From the NCBI GenBank assembly GCA_951406725.2, contig OX597825.1:52452001-52516000 (forward strand): a stretch of DNA of 64,000 nucleotides. Direction: 5' to 3'. The notes beneath the pieces are model-generated. The model did not search any database and was not told where the DNA came from. It saw only the letters and a list, made by a program, of their open reading frames with translations. The stretch comes from Octopus vulgaris. Lineage: Eukaryota. The number at the start of each line of letters is the position of its first letter. The stretch's first letter is position 1. Position numbers and translations under genes: made by a program. Shown here piece after piece: positions 52,320 through 64,000 of the stretch.

Positions 52320-53103
52320 GACATCAGCCCTGAGAGACTTAAACTTCTCTGCTTTCTCAGTGATATTCTGTTAGCATGCAGAGTTCACTGGAAAGGTTTT
52401 CCTAAAAGGATGTATGTCTCAGGCTTTGCAACACTAATTCTCATCCTTGTCTTGCAACTGCCTGCAGTGAACTGATTCACTGCTTACTGAAGATTACCTT
52501 CTGATGAGCTAAGTGCCACCATGTACAGCTGACTGATCCTACACACACTGATTGTGATGCCACTCCAACAATGGGTGTGTACAGTAATACACCAATTCCA
52601 GCATTCGATCTTCAAAGGAAATATTGGTAGAAAACCAAATTCACTCTCTTCAATTTGGTTTTCATACCTGATCCTCACCTATGTTAATGAATGTTGGGTG
52701 GTGCCTGAGAGAGTATAATGGTAAATACAAGCAGCCAAAATAGGGTTCCTTTGAAGGATCTTTTGAGTAATTCTATTCAACAGTGTAGCTCAGAGATCAA
52801 ATAGTCTCTCCAAGTTGAGCTACTGCTTCACCACACTGAGAAGTCATTGTTCTGGTACTATGGACATATGATTAAAATGTAGCAGGAAAGAACAGCAAGC
52901 AGAATTCCTCAAGCTAAGCCAACCAGTAGGAGAACCAGAGGTAGACCAAGAACGATGTAATTAGACAATAACTGGTCACATTTGGGAATCTAACTGGAAA
53001 GTCTAGTAGCAATTTCTTCTGACAGGATCTGGTGGAGGAGATATCCAAGGAATCTACTTCCATAACAGGAATAGTGGACAGAGAAGATGGATAGATGGAT
53101 GAA
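52320..53103 (+). mobile_element. RTE-clade LINE with inverted 5' segment
   Basis: 52320-52564 reads on minus as SGITISVCRISQLY..SSSEGNLQ*AVNQF...MRISVAKPE. 52565-53103 reads on plus as LTYVNECWV...WYYGHMIKM...RTRGRPRT and ends in a GATG tail. Confidence 0.75.
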
Positions 53104-54784
53104 TTCTTGTAAAATCTTTATAATGTGTAGTTGTTCATTTAATGTCCCCTAATCCATGATAGCATTGGTTGTCAGGGCATATTTGAGGCAGGATTTTATG
53201 ACCAGATGTTCTTCTCATTAAGCATTACTCATTTAGCAAGAGATTTTTATGAGAAAAATATTCTTCTTTCTGTAATGAATACAAACCTTGAGAACATTTG
53301 TTGTAGACACAAATCTGGTGAAAAATTGGTTATCATCATTGAGTGAATGCAAAGAAGCAGTTTTTAATTTTTTTGTTTTTTGGAAGATCTTAGCAGAAAT
53401 CATGGGGAGAAAATTAAGTGAAACTCAGCATGTGGGATTACTGTTACACACACCTTAGTTCAACAGGAGACTGGGTCCAGTTATTGCACATTGTGGAACT
53501 ATTGAGAGATATTACAGTGGACCTTCAAACTGAACCAAGACTACATACATATATAAATGCATGCATAACAGGCAGTTATATATATTTTCCATCTCCCAAA
53601 TTCACTCAAACGTTGCTGGTCATATCAGACCTCTAATAAATGTTATTTGCTTACGGCGCCACCAAATCCAAGATAATGTAGTTACAAAGCAAACTTCATA
53701 ATCACACAGCCATGCCTCTTTTTGACAAAAAATATTAACTAGTGGAACTTGTAGAAATCTACAGGACACCATATATAGTCGTGTTCCCAATAAATTTAGG
53801 TAAATCCAGGAATATGTATATTATTATGGAGGTATATGTTTGTCGCATTATATGACAATTCACATTTTTAATTTGAAAGTCAGTGTATTTGGCACTTATT
53901 GGTTAAGAGTGCATTTTTAACTCCATTCCTAACTTAATTTCCTTTCATTTCTGAATACAATATTTTGTTGTTTTGCTCTTTTTTTTTTAATCAGAAAACT
54001 AATTAAAGCGAGGTGGATTTTAGCTGCTTTCTGTTTTTGTTTTTATTGTCTGTAAATATAAAAGCAGTTATTCCACGTATATTTGTATGTGTTGTATGCT
54101 AGTGTGTGCATGCTTGCATTTTCATTTGCATTTGAAGTGAATAAATATATTTTGTTTGAATTTATAATTTGTAATTACATTTCCATCGTTAATAAATCAG
54201 AAACAAAAGCAATTTTAATATGTAGAAAGTGAAACGGTACAATACTAATGCTTTCATTAATGAATCAACATTATTTTCATTACTTTGAAAACTAATATCG
54301 CTTATTCACATTCTGTAACCATGTAATTATTATATAGATGCATTTATATAAAGCATTGGATTGAAATTCCTTATTATTGGTTTTTTTATTAAATTATTTT
54401 ATATTATTTTTAATTTCTTGATTTTTATGTTAAAAATATAGCACAAAAAATAAACGATATATTAAGTATGAGTTAGAGTTGGGAATATAAAAAAAAATCC
54501 ATGATTAAAGTGTCACTAATTTTCCAAGGCTTTTGGTATTTGACAGAAGAAAGGACAATTAAAATCAAAAATAGCTTTATTACAAAATTACTTTATTATT
54601 TTTAAATTGCTTTTGAAATATAAATTTTAGTTTAATAAGGAAGAAATAAACAACTAAAACAAAAGGGAAAGTGCCTATTAAAATTGCTTAAAACATAAGT
54701 AGCTTTTTGTGAATGAATATTATTTTTGTTCTCTCCCTTTCTCATTTTCCCCCTCTTGATGGCTGCATGTTCCACCTGAGATAA

Positions 54785-55790
54785 CTACAGTTCACATACC
54801 AAGACACAGGAACAACTCTTCTATGAGCTACTTTTTTGCTGATGACACTGTGTATGTTGCCAACATAAAATCAGCTCCACAGCAAATAATATCTTGCAAT
54901 GCCATACTCTTCAGACTGAAGTCAGCTTGTAAAATATGGAAGTTCTCAATCAGTCTAGATTTTAAGAAGGTTATCACCATTCTTGCATCAAAATCTCAGC
55001 AACAAAGCTGAAGACAGTCCAGCAGATCAGCTTCCTGCAGTAATAATGTCATCTGCTACTAAGATTAACAAAGAAGCTGATAACAGATGTGCAAAAGCTA
55101 AGCAGCACATTAGGCAACAGACTGTACAAAAACCTGAAACAGCAAGCACCTGAGGAAAGACACAGAGATCAGAAAGTGCTGATCTTTTTTACAGACCACC
55201 CTCCTCTACTGCTCTGAATTGTGGGTTACCTGGCATCATCACCTAGAACTGCCTGATTGCATCCACTGGCACCACCACCCTCACCACCTTGAACGTCCAC
55301 TGAAGTAGCTTTATTATCAACACTCTAAATCATCAATTATGATAGAAACCACTAACATTGAATCATTGAGCTGCACAGAGCAGGGCTTATTTCTAGAACA
55401 GAAGATTGTTGCTTTTCCAAGTTAGTGCTGTTTGATAAATAACTCCCAGCCACTATGACAGAATGATATACCAACAAAATGTTGAAAAGACTCTCTAACA
55501 AAATCCCTTGGTAACTGTCAAATCACTCATCAGTGGTTTAATACAGAGTGGTGTGAAGTTTGGTGACACACCATTCCCTTTTCCGTTTTCTTCTTTGAGA
55601 ACAAATCCAGGCCTAACCTTTGACAGAAAAGTATATTGAGAAAGAAACATACCACACAGAATGGAATCTTGCTGCAACTACTGCAGTCTGTCTCCCATCT
55701 GTATATTAGCCTAACCAACAATTAAGAAGCCTGTAGCTATTGTGGATGTCTCCCTTCATGGATCTTCATAATGCTAAGACATAATTGATG
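54785..55790 (+). mobile_element. RTE/BovB-like LINE RT-to-3'-end remnant
   Basis: TKTQEQLFYELLFADD motif, followed by decayed downstream RTE motifs (e.g. LLYCSELW). Confidence 0.75.
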
Positions 55791-56010
55791 ATACACTATA
55801 GTCTGTATGCGCTATAGTTTATATATATTGTCTATTCACAGTAGAATGTATATTAATCAGGATACTTTATATATGATTATATGGTATAGACTATATTACA
55901 TGAAGACTAAAATTTGACTATGCTGCATGTAGACTACATTGTATATTGTCTATGTATATAGCCTGTCCTGTTTATGTACAATAAAGACTATATATGAACT
56001 ATATGTATAT

Positions 56011-57050
56011 AACGGGTTGACCAAAAAATCTGTTCAATATTTGTCAACACTAAATAAGCACTATAGTAAGTAGCTCAACTTTGGTCTGTCCCTTGCACAT
56101 GCTCATTCGTTCAATACTTCACATTTCAATGTAGATTGATGCAAACTTGCAATGAGACAGGCTGCATTCCATGTGCTTGTGATCATCTTCAAAGGGAGAA
56201 CCAAAATGAACATTAGTAACACCTAATGCATTTCCTTACTTTATAAAAGGAAAGAAAGTTGCAGAAACCTGTATGAAGACATTTGCAGTGTACATAGAAA
56301 ATAATGTTACAGAACTTGTGTGCTTGACATGGTTTTCAAGATTTCAAAGGGATAAGTTTTTGGTTAAAGATGCACTTCACTCTAGCTGGCCAATTTAGAT
56401 TAACAGTAATACCATTCCCCTTTTATACAACCAAGATGATTGCAGATATTCCCAAAATATCCAAATCAGCTTGGTTACATCAATAGCCCTGATGTTTGAA
56501 TCTTACATTGAAGGAAACTAACTTCATGCAACAGTTTTCCATCTGCAATGCCTTAAAGGAATGTGAAAAAAGAAAAAGATTGTCCCCTATCACCATTCTC
56601 TTTTGTGAAGAGAATGGTAATAGGGGACAAACAATGGATAATCTATAAAAATATGAAGTATAAATGACTATGAAGGAAGCATGGAAAACCACCAAAAATG
56701 ACATAGAAAGCAGGACTTCAGCTGAAGAAGGTTATGCTTTCAATTTGTTGGTATTGAAAGGGTGTTGTCATTTATAAACTTTTTCCCACAGACAGGACCA
56801 TGAATCTGGATGTGTACTGTAATCAGCTGGCTAGATTAAATGCAGGGATCCATCAGAATCAGCCAGTGCTTCCTAAATGTAAGGGTGCTGTCTTTCATTA
56901 TGACAATGCCAGACTGCACGCCTTTTTGAAGATTTGACAAAAGTTACTGGGGCTTAGATGGGAACTTTTGCCACACACTTCATATTCACCCAACTTTGGA
57001 CCTTCGTATTTCCACCTTTTTAAATTTCTTCTAAAATTCATTGAATGGAT
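56011..57050 (+). pseudogene. Mariner element, near-complete decayed transposase
   Basis: HTH KGKKVAETC..FAVY..NNVTELVCLTWFSRFQ, KAGLQLKKVMLSICW, KGAVFHYDNAR and WELLPHTSYSPNFGPSYFHLF. Confidence 0.88.
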
Positions 57051-57579
57051 GGGCCTTCAATGCTGTAGGTCTGCTCATTCTAAAATCACATTACATATAG
57101 TTTTATACTGTATAGAAATTATCTCATATATGATAAAATGCAATGGGTTTCACACTTTGATTACATGCTGGTTGAAGAAAATGAAACAACAAACAGATGA
57201 ACTGCAGTGAGGTTTTACTTTACAGTAGCTGGCATTTTAATCAAAATAAAATGCAAATTCTTGTTGTAAATTATATTTAATTTAGTGATTTCAATCGCAT
57301 GTGTGTATGAAATTAAGTATTAAACTCTTTTCTTTTCAAAATAATATTATTCACACCTATAATAATAAATGCCAAAATGTTTAATGATACTATTTATATA
57401 GAAGGTCATACTGCTTGTATAGAGTATACTTGTAATATTTACTAGTAATAGAGTAGGCCTATAATTATAGGCATACTCTATATTTACTAGCATAGAGCAT
57501 GCCTATAATATTTGATACTAATATTTATTATAGAAGGTTATACTGTATGTATAGAGTATGCCTTATGCATGCTATAGAC

Positions 57580-59990
57580 CAGATGTAGGCAAAGTATAAC
57601 ATGTGGATCACATATAGTCCACAAAGCCAATTTGTTTGTCCTGCAGATATTTTGGTTAACTTATGACATAGTTTTATAATCTGCTTAATGAAACCACAAG
57701 TAGATGTTGTGAATTTGATTTATTAACATATAATGTAAAATGTATTTAAAATATAATATACATTTAATATGACATTTTAATTATAGAATATTAAGGTATT
57801 TTAATTAATATATCTTTAATTTCATCTTTTATTTGCTTCAGTTATTGGACTGCAGACATGCTGGGGCATTGCCTTGAAGGATTTAGCTGACCCACGATTT
57901 CTTTTTGTTTTCTTTTTCTTTAAGTTTAGAACTTAATTTACTAACCTCTTTTTCTGAACTGCTGCGTAAAAACTTTACACCAGTTGTCATGCAGTGGTGG
58001 CAACAAACACAAACATATATATATATATATCATCATTTAAAATCCATTCACCCTGCTAGTATGGGTTGGATTGTTTGACAGGTTCTGGTGCTGCAGCTGT
58101 GCTCTGTGAAGTTCTAGTGTCATATTTGGCATGATTTACACAATTGGATGCCATTCTTAACACTAGCCACATTACAGTATGTACTGGGTGGTGCTTTTTT
58201 CATGCTACCAACATCAGTGGAGTTGCTGAATAACTTGACAAATAGAAAAAAGAACAGTGGGGGGGATATTTGAAAGGAGAGGTGGATTTATGCCAAGTGC
58301 TAGAAAGATAAAGTATGATGAAGGAACAAACACAGGTGTTTTTCTATAAAGAAGATACCTAGCTAAGAAGGGATATATGATGGTTGTGATCGAGTGCTTG
58401 AACAAACTCTCAAAGTACAAGAAGATAAGTTTAAAAGAGGATAGGAACAGTGCACAATGGAAAGGAAAGAGAGAGAAGATAATTACATAACAGTAATGTG
58501 GTGAGAGTAACATGGTTAAAGATGGAAGCAGAGATAAATGTAGTGAATGATGATTAAGGGTGGAGATGCAATTGAGGGTAAAAATCAGTATGGAGGGCTG
58601 TAAGGTTTGATCAGAGGGTAGGGGGATGGTGTGTGAGGGGTAGGTGTGGTGAAGTGGGGAGATGTAGGATACATGAGGGTCTCTGTAATGTGTGGTTGTG
58701 TTGCCTGATATAAGAAGGTGCAGAGAAAGGTGGTAGGTATATGAAGTATTAAAATGGAGGATGGCTAAGGAAAGAGTTAACCGAAGGCACAGAGGAATAG
58801 TGATTAGAGAAAATGATGTGGGTGAGGAAGGAAAGATAAAGGAGACTCTTGGCTTCTAAACAGTTACTGTCAACCAGATTGACTCACAAGACATTGGTCA
58901 GTCTGGGGATAAAATAGAAGACATCCAAAGTGCCATGCAGTGGGATTGAACATGAAATCACATGGTTTCAAATTTAATATAGAACATATCTTTAATACGT
59001 GTATTTCAATCTTAATGAAAACTACAAAAATACATAAAATTCATGATAAATGTCATACATTTAACAAGGAATGTATATAGAAGCTGTTATTGACAAATAT
59101 TAATGGAGCAAAGTGTATTACTTACATTGCATAGTATGCCAAGATTGTGTTTTTGTTTTTCAAGGAATATAATTTGAAGAGATATCTTCAGATAAAGCAT
59201 TGTAAAATTATTTTTAAGTATTTGTTCAGAAAGTGAACTACAGTAGGGAAAGGAAAAAAAACTGTTGAGTGGTATGAAATAACAAATTTTTATTGTAAAT
59301 TAATCAACTATACATGAAGCTGCTTACTTATATAATAGCCAAACATTAACAATTTTCGAAAATAGAATTTTTAACAGTCTCTGTATTGATGCTGTTGACA
59401 TTGTCTGCCTGGAATTAAAAGCAAAAATTGAAGCCCTATCTTTGTCAAGGTGAACTGTAGTTTATCACATTAATACTATTTCACAGTATCTGTCAGAACT
59501 TGAAGTCTTTTACTCCCATCTATTGCCAGTGAAAGTATTCACTGAGAATAGGTGGGAGTCTCAACTTACATGACAGTAAAACTGCCTGAATTCATTCAAG
59601 GAAGTGAAGATTATTTTGCGAACACTGAAGATTCACTATCAGTTGAACTATTAACAGAATCTGTAACTGGCGAAGATTATTTGTATGATGAAGTTAAAAC
59701 CTGTTGGGAAAATTTGGTTTGCATTGGAACAATTTTGCAAGCATTACAACAAGTGATGCACCTAGGTAAACAGGAGAGCATACTGGCTTCATAAAATTGC
59801 TTTATGATAAAGAGAACGAGCATCTACTTCACATTGGGCTATTGTTCCATTACATTATCCATGAGGAAAGTCTGTGTAAATTTCTCTTGGACTTTAAACG
59901 TGTGATTTATTCTGTAGTATATGCTATTCGCTTAGTAAGAACCGAGGATTTAAAACATAGATAATCCACAAGTTCTAGAATTACAGTCAA
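57580..59990 (+). pseudogene. hAT (SPIN/Charlie-like) transposon remnant, interrupted by a split SINE A and a family D element
   Basis: TIR-like CAGATGTAGGCAAAGT; CIVCQDCVFVFKEYNLKRYLQIKH (BED finger), DIVCLELKAKIEALSLSR*TV, VTGED and HYIIHEESLCK..LDFKRVI. Confidence 0.8.
58030..58845 (-). mobile_element. Family D element between the two halves of a minus-strand SINE A (57835-58010 and 58850-58970)
   Basis: CATCATTTAA..GCTAGTATGGGTTGGA, TGGATGCCATTC, then a GA-rich body. Confidence 0.65.
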
Positions 59991-60898
59991 TGTAAATAAG
60001 ACGTACAGTATCATATCAATGTATAGTTGAGAAAATCCCTGCATCATAGCAATGCATATTGTTTAACAATTAAACTTTTAGATCACTCTGTTAAATGTAA
60101 TGCTAATTTATTAACATTCTTCATTAATCATGTACTATCACATAGCTTCAAGATTTCAAGGTATGGCCAGTTTAAATGCTGAAGGGACTGCCTGCATTGT
60201 ACATTGGTTAAGGCAAATGAACTTCCTGTTTCAAAGCAATGTACTTTGTTTAAGGTTGGGCTATTTTCTGGATAGACTATCAGATTCTGAAAATAATTTT
60301 TTAATTAAAGTTGCTGCCCTCTAAGATAGCTTCAATGGCCACATCTTGCTTGTAAACATTTAATTTTTAATTGCATTAATTTAATTCTAATTTAGTGTCA
60401 AAATAACTTATATTTTGGTTTTCTGCTGAATAACAACTACTAGAAAGCTTACAGATGGTTATGTGTCTGTCAGGGAGAAAAGTTTCTTCATCACCATTAT
60501 AGCTTACACACAGCATAATGTACATACAGCAGCATTGTATATATAGATTGTAGTCTATATACAATATAATTTACATACAGCATTGTCTATAGACAATGCT
60601 CGATTATCTATAAGTTGTGTATTCTATACAAAATATAGCATATCCTATGTAGGATATACTGCATAGGATGGACTATAATACAGAATATTCAGTACATAAG
60701 ACTGTTTATAATGTGGTATAAACATTATAGGCCATACATAGAATATTAGATATACAGCATAGTATATAGGTTGTGTAACATGTGCATGTATGTATGTATG
60801 TGTGTGTGTATATATATATATATATATTATTTAAAATGTGGGTGAGAAATTTGGCATATAAAAAAACTGAAGGTTCAGTAAAATTGTATTATAAACAT

Positions 60899-61555
60899 AT
60901 GAGAGGGAAACCACTATGTGGATGCCCTTATGCTAGAAGTAGATCCACTATGGTCTTACCATTAAGAAATGTTCTCAAGAAATAAATTCAGCAAACAACC
61001 AAAATGTAATGAAGCACAACAAAAGAAAAGCAATAAAAATATGGATTATTCACATACATGTTTCATTTATGTGAAATTGATATTAATTTAATTAATATCA
61101 ATTTCACATAAGTGAAATTTCTCACCCTCCTTTTAAATTTAAATTAATACGTTCTCTAACAGGCAAAGGCCACTGCAGTAAATTATTTTCTTCAGTATCT
61201 TTTTTCCAGTAATTTAGTACGCCAAAATGAGGACATTTAAATAGTAACCCCAAGTGTTATGTGTAGAACTGTTTACAGGTACGATTTTGTGTGAACGTCT
61301 AAGTATACAGTTCTGCAAATTATATTCACTTGGACGGTCACACTGAAGATCTACGGACATCTTGCATAAGTTAACTTATGTAATATGGTGATAGTGAAAC
61401 CTGTATGTGAATGATCCATATTTCTATTGCTTTTCTTGCTCGATTATGTTTTGGTTATTTGCTGAATTTATTTCTTAAGAACATTTCTTAGTGGTAAGGC
61501 CATAGCGGATCTACCTCTAGCATAAGGGCATCCACATAGTGGTTTTCCTCTCATA
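60899..61555. mobile_element. Penelope-like inverted repeat (arms 60899-61066 and 61395-61555)
   Basis: AAACCACTATGTGGATGCCCTTATGCTAGA versus TCTAGCATAAGGGCATCCACATAGTGGTTT over about 165 bp, with a hammerhead at the inner edge of the right arm. Confidence 0.75.
61331..61418 (+). ncRNA. Type I hammerhead ribozyme motif with long stem II
   Basis: TCACA-CTGAAGA (61343-49) ... TTGCATAAG-TTAA-CTTATGTAA hairpin ... GAAA (61396-99) C-CT-GTA-TGTGA. Stem I TCACA/TGTGA is extended by TGGA/TCCA. Confidence 0.65.
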
Positions 61556-63539
61556 AATGTGTGTGTATGTATACATATATATATATATATGAATTGTGAA
61601 GTCTAAATCCATTATAGTAAATATATATTTTATAATCTATATACAGAAACGTCTATATACAATATAATCTACAAGTTGTATTGTGTATATGCCACACAGG
61701 TCAAGATGTGTCCAAAAAGAAAGTAAACTTTTTAAAAAATAAATTCATTGCTTTACTTTACTTCAGGCTTGCATTCTTCAAAATAATTTTTTCCATCAGA
61801 TCTACCATTACCAACGTTCTTTTTTTCCTTTTTTCAGTTTTGGAATACAAAAGGAAAATTCTTGTGAAACAGAAGAAATACACATATGCATGCACACACT
61901 GATAGTATAGGAAATAATATCCTACTATAGGTTAGTATTGTAGGAGAAGTGGTTCATTTGAGTTTTGGACAAGAGTGAGTTTTATATCGAATATTTGTAT
62001 AAAAGGTTTTGCTGGAGTATTCTCATACTCAAATAAGTCTGATCTGTTGTTGGAGAAATATGGTTTGTTAACTGACAGTAATTTGCTTAAATCATTTTAT
62101 GTTTTGTGTATGGAGTTGACTGGATTCTATGACAAGAATATTTTTCAGCATGCTGTACATACAAAGAGAGATGTCTTTAATGAATGGTGACCCAACAAAC
62201 TGACAGTTTATGGCAAACTTTAGGTGTTTTTACAAATTCTAACCTTGAGCATGTCTTTTTATTTCTACTTAACTCCTCAAATGTCACTTGAAGTATGTTG
62301 AGATAGTGGCTACCAATGATGTTTTATTCTCAATTGTTATATATCATTCACTTACGCAACTTTAAGAAGCTCTTCCTATTTTTATTTTTATATTCTAATC
62401 CAAATTGCTTTCAAATACTCATAAAAAAATCAACAATACACAATTTCATATGATAATAACACAAAAATAGAGAATAACTATTAAAAATATTATATAAAAA
62501 ATAAAACAAAGATAATGATTCAATTTTAACAAATTTAAAAGTAAAATATCAAATTAAAATTTCAATATCAGAATCAATTTATTTGCAATTTTTGTACTGT
62601 TATTTTATTTGCTTTTTGTATATTTTTCTCCCATATTTTCAAAATTGATCATTAAAATTAATTTCAACTGAAATCAAGAAGTGTTGCATTTTTAATGTAA
62701 AAGATATGAAAATGGTAAGATGATGACAAAGAATTAGCTGATGATGATGATTTACTAAAAAAAAAGAATGTCAATAAATTCCAGTTAAAAGTCAACATTG
62801 ATGAATAAGCAGAATTCAGGAAAATTACATTTAAATAGAAAATATTTAGAAAAGAAAAAATCTTTAGATAATTAAAAACATTATATCTAAATACCAATTA
62901 ACAGATATAGAAGAGTTAGGAATGTCTGATAATGAGAGATAGTGGTCAGTAAGTTTAACCGGACAACACTAAGTGATAAAACCTGATTAAACAGAGGTTC
63001 TATGGTACCTGTGTATAGTATAAAAAATAGTGCAGGATGCATGGTTAAAAGAGCAACAGACTTGTAGGATTTAATTATGTTCTCTTATGTTCTATGTAGC
63101 AGCTAGCTATCAGGCTGGTTATAATCAAGTATGCTGTTTCTCTAAAGGTGTAACTGTGCCTAAATTAGAAATTAGGATAAATTTTATCTTCTTGGATGAA
63201 GAAGGTGTCAATCAAATACTGGGTACTGATGCTTGCACATTAGAAATCCTTTTCTCACAAATTGCAGCCACATATAAACTGAGTGACCTGGGGTCATTTA
63301 GCAAGTGGCCTTGCTTCCAAGCTGACTTCAGGCCACAAACATTCACAATAAATATGTTTGTCAAAATATCATTACAAGTAGAAATTTCGTATTAATGAAA
63401 GAGAAATATGGATGTGGCTCATTGATTCTCTGGTCTCTGATTAAGGGGTTTTGCATTTATAAATTCCACATTTTTCTTTCAGTGCCAGTGTTTAGTTGCA
63501 GAAGTAATACCTTGTGTACTTCTGGAGACTGTGATGCTT

Positions 63540-63730
63540 TTCATTTATCAAAATTGATTCCAAAACAACCTATTTTGTCCAATCTGTTGTCAAAGGATTC
63601 ACAGGGTCTCTTTCCATGAAACTTAACATCCAAGTACCATCCTCAAAATCCTCAGTGTCCCCAGTAAAACAGTTTTCTGAATATGTTCTACCCTCATGTC
63701 TATCCCAATTTCTTGAGAAATGGTAAAGTC
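63540..63730 (-). mobile_element. R4/Dong-like LINE extreme C-terminus and 3' UTR
   Basis: QEIGIDMRVEHIQKTVLLGTLRILRMVLGC*. Confidence 0.75.
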
Positions 63731-64000
63731 GATAAACTATTAGATGATATGTGTGATGAAGTATAGGAGTTGTAATCTGCCTTAGTTTGGGATATAATAT
63801 GGCTTCAGTTTACATATCTATGAGTCAGATGGTAACAGAGTAACCTTAGTATGTTACTGGTTATAGACCACACATATCTTGAGCATTGTGTGTATCTCAT
63901 CCAGGGAAACATTTATTTTATATGTTTTGTTTTTGGTTTGATGGGAGGGATTGTACTCTGGGTCTTTGCTGACCCACCAAGATCAAGCACTTAGAGATCC

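Noticed and set aside
52501-52535. CTGATGA-GCT...AGC as another hammerhead
   Set aside because: No GAAA follows, and it is the antisense of LINE RT coding sequence.

Overview
This is AT-rich animal genomic DNA, most likely from an octopus (coleoid cephalopod), judged from the recurring tRNA-derived SINE families and the very dense TA, CA, TATG, AAT and CAT microsatellites. I recognise no intact host protein-coding gene, and nearly all ORFs in the track are microsatellite read-throughs or decayed transposon frames. The window reads as a large intron or intergenic block filled with mobile elements. These include three SINE families (labelled A, B and C here), fragments of RTE-clade and R4/Dong-like LINEs, and a LINE-tail family ending in (GAT)n. 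DNA transposon remnants of the Tc1, mariner, pogo/Tigger and hAT types are present, with hAT, mariner and TTAA-type MITEs and Helitron/Helentron-like elements. A decayed gag-only Ty3/Gypsy element carries a hAT MITE in its 5' LTR, and that MITE carries a SINE. The most notable signal is a set of minimal type I hammerhead-ribozyme cores from at least three unrelated Penelope-like or retrozyme repeats (about 18.1 and 18.3 kb, 49.6 kb, 61.3 kb), two of them inside long inverted repeats. Weaker candidates for host-gene signals are an 18-nt microexon with UGC, CTAAC and Rbfox context (53995-54012), a perfect RFX X-box next to a possible first exon and hairpin (37.8-38.1 kb), and a 42-nt exon candidate (20916-20957). 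All calls were made by eye with no database search. Element boundaries are approximate to tens of bp unless a TSD or TIR is quoted.
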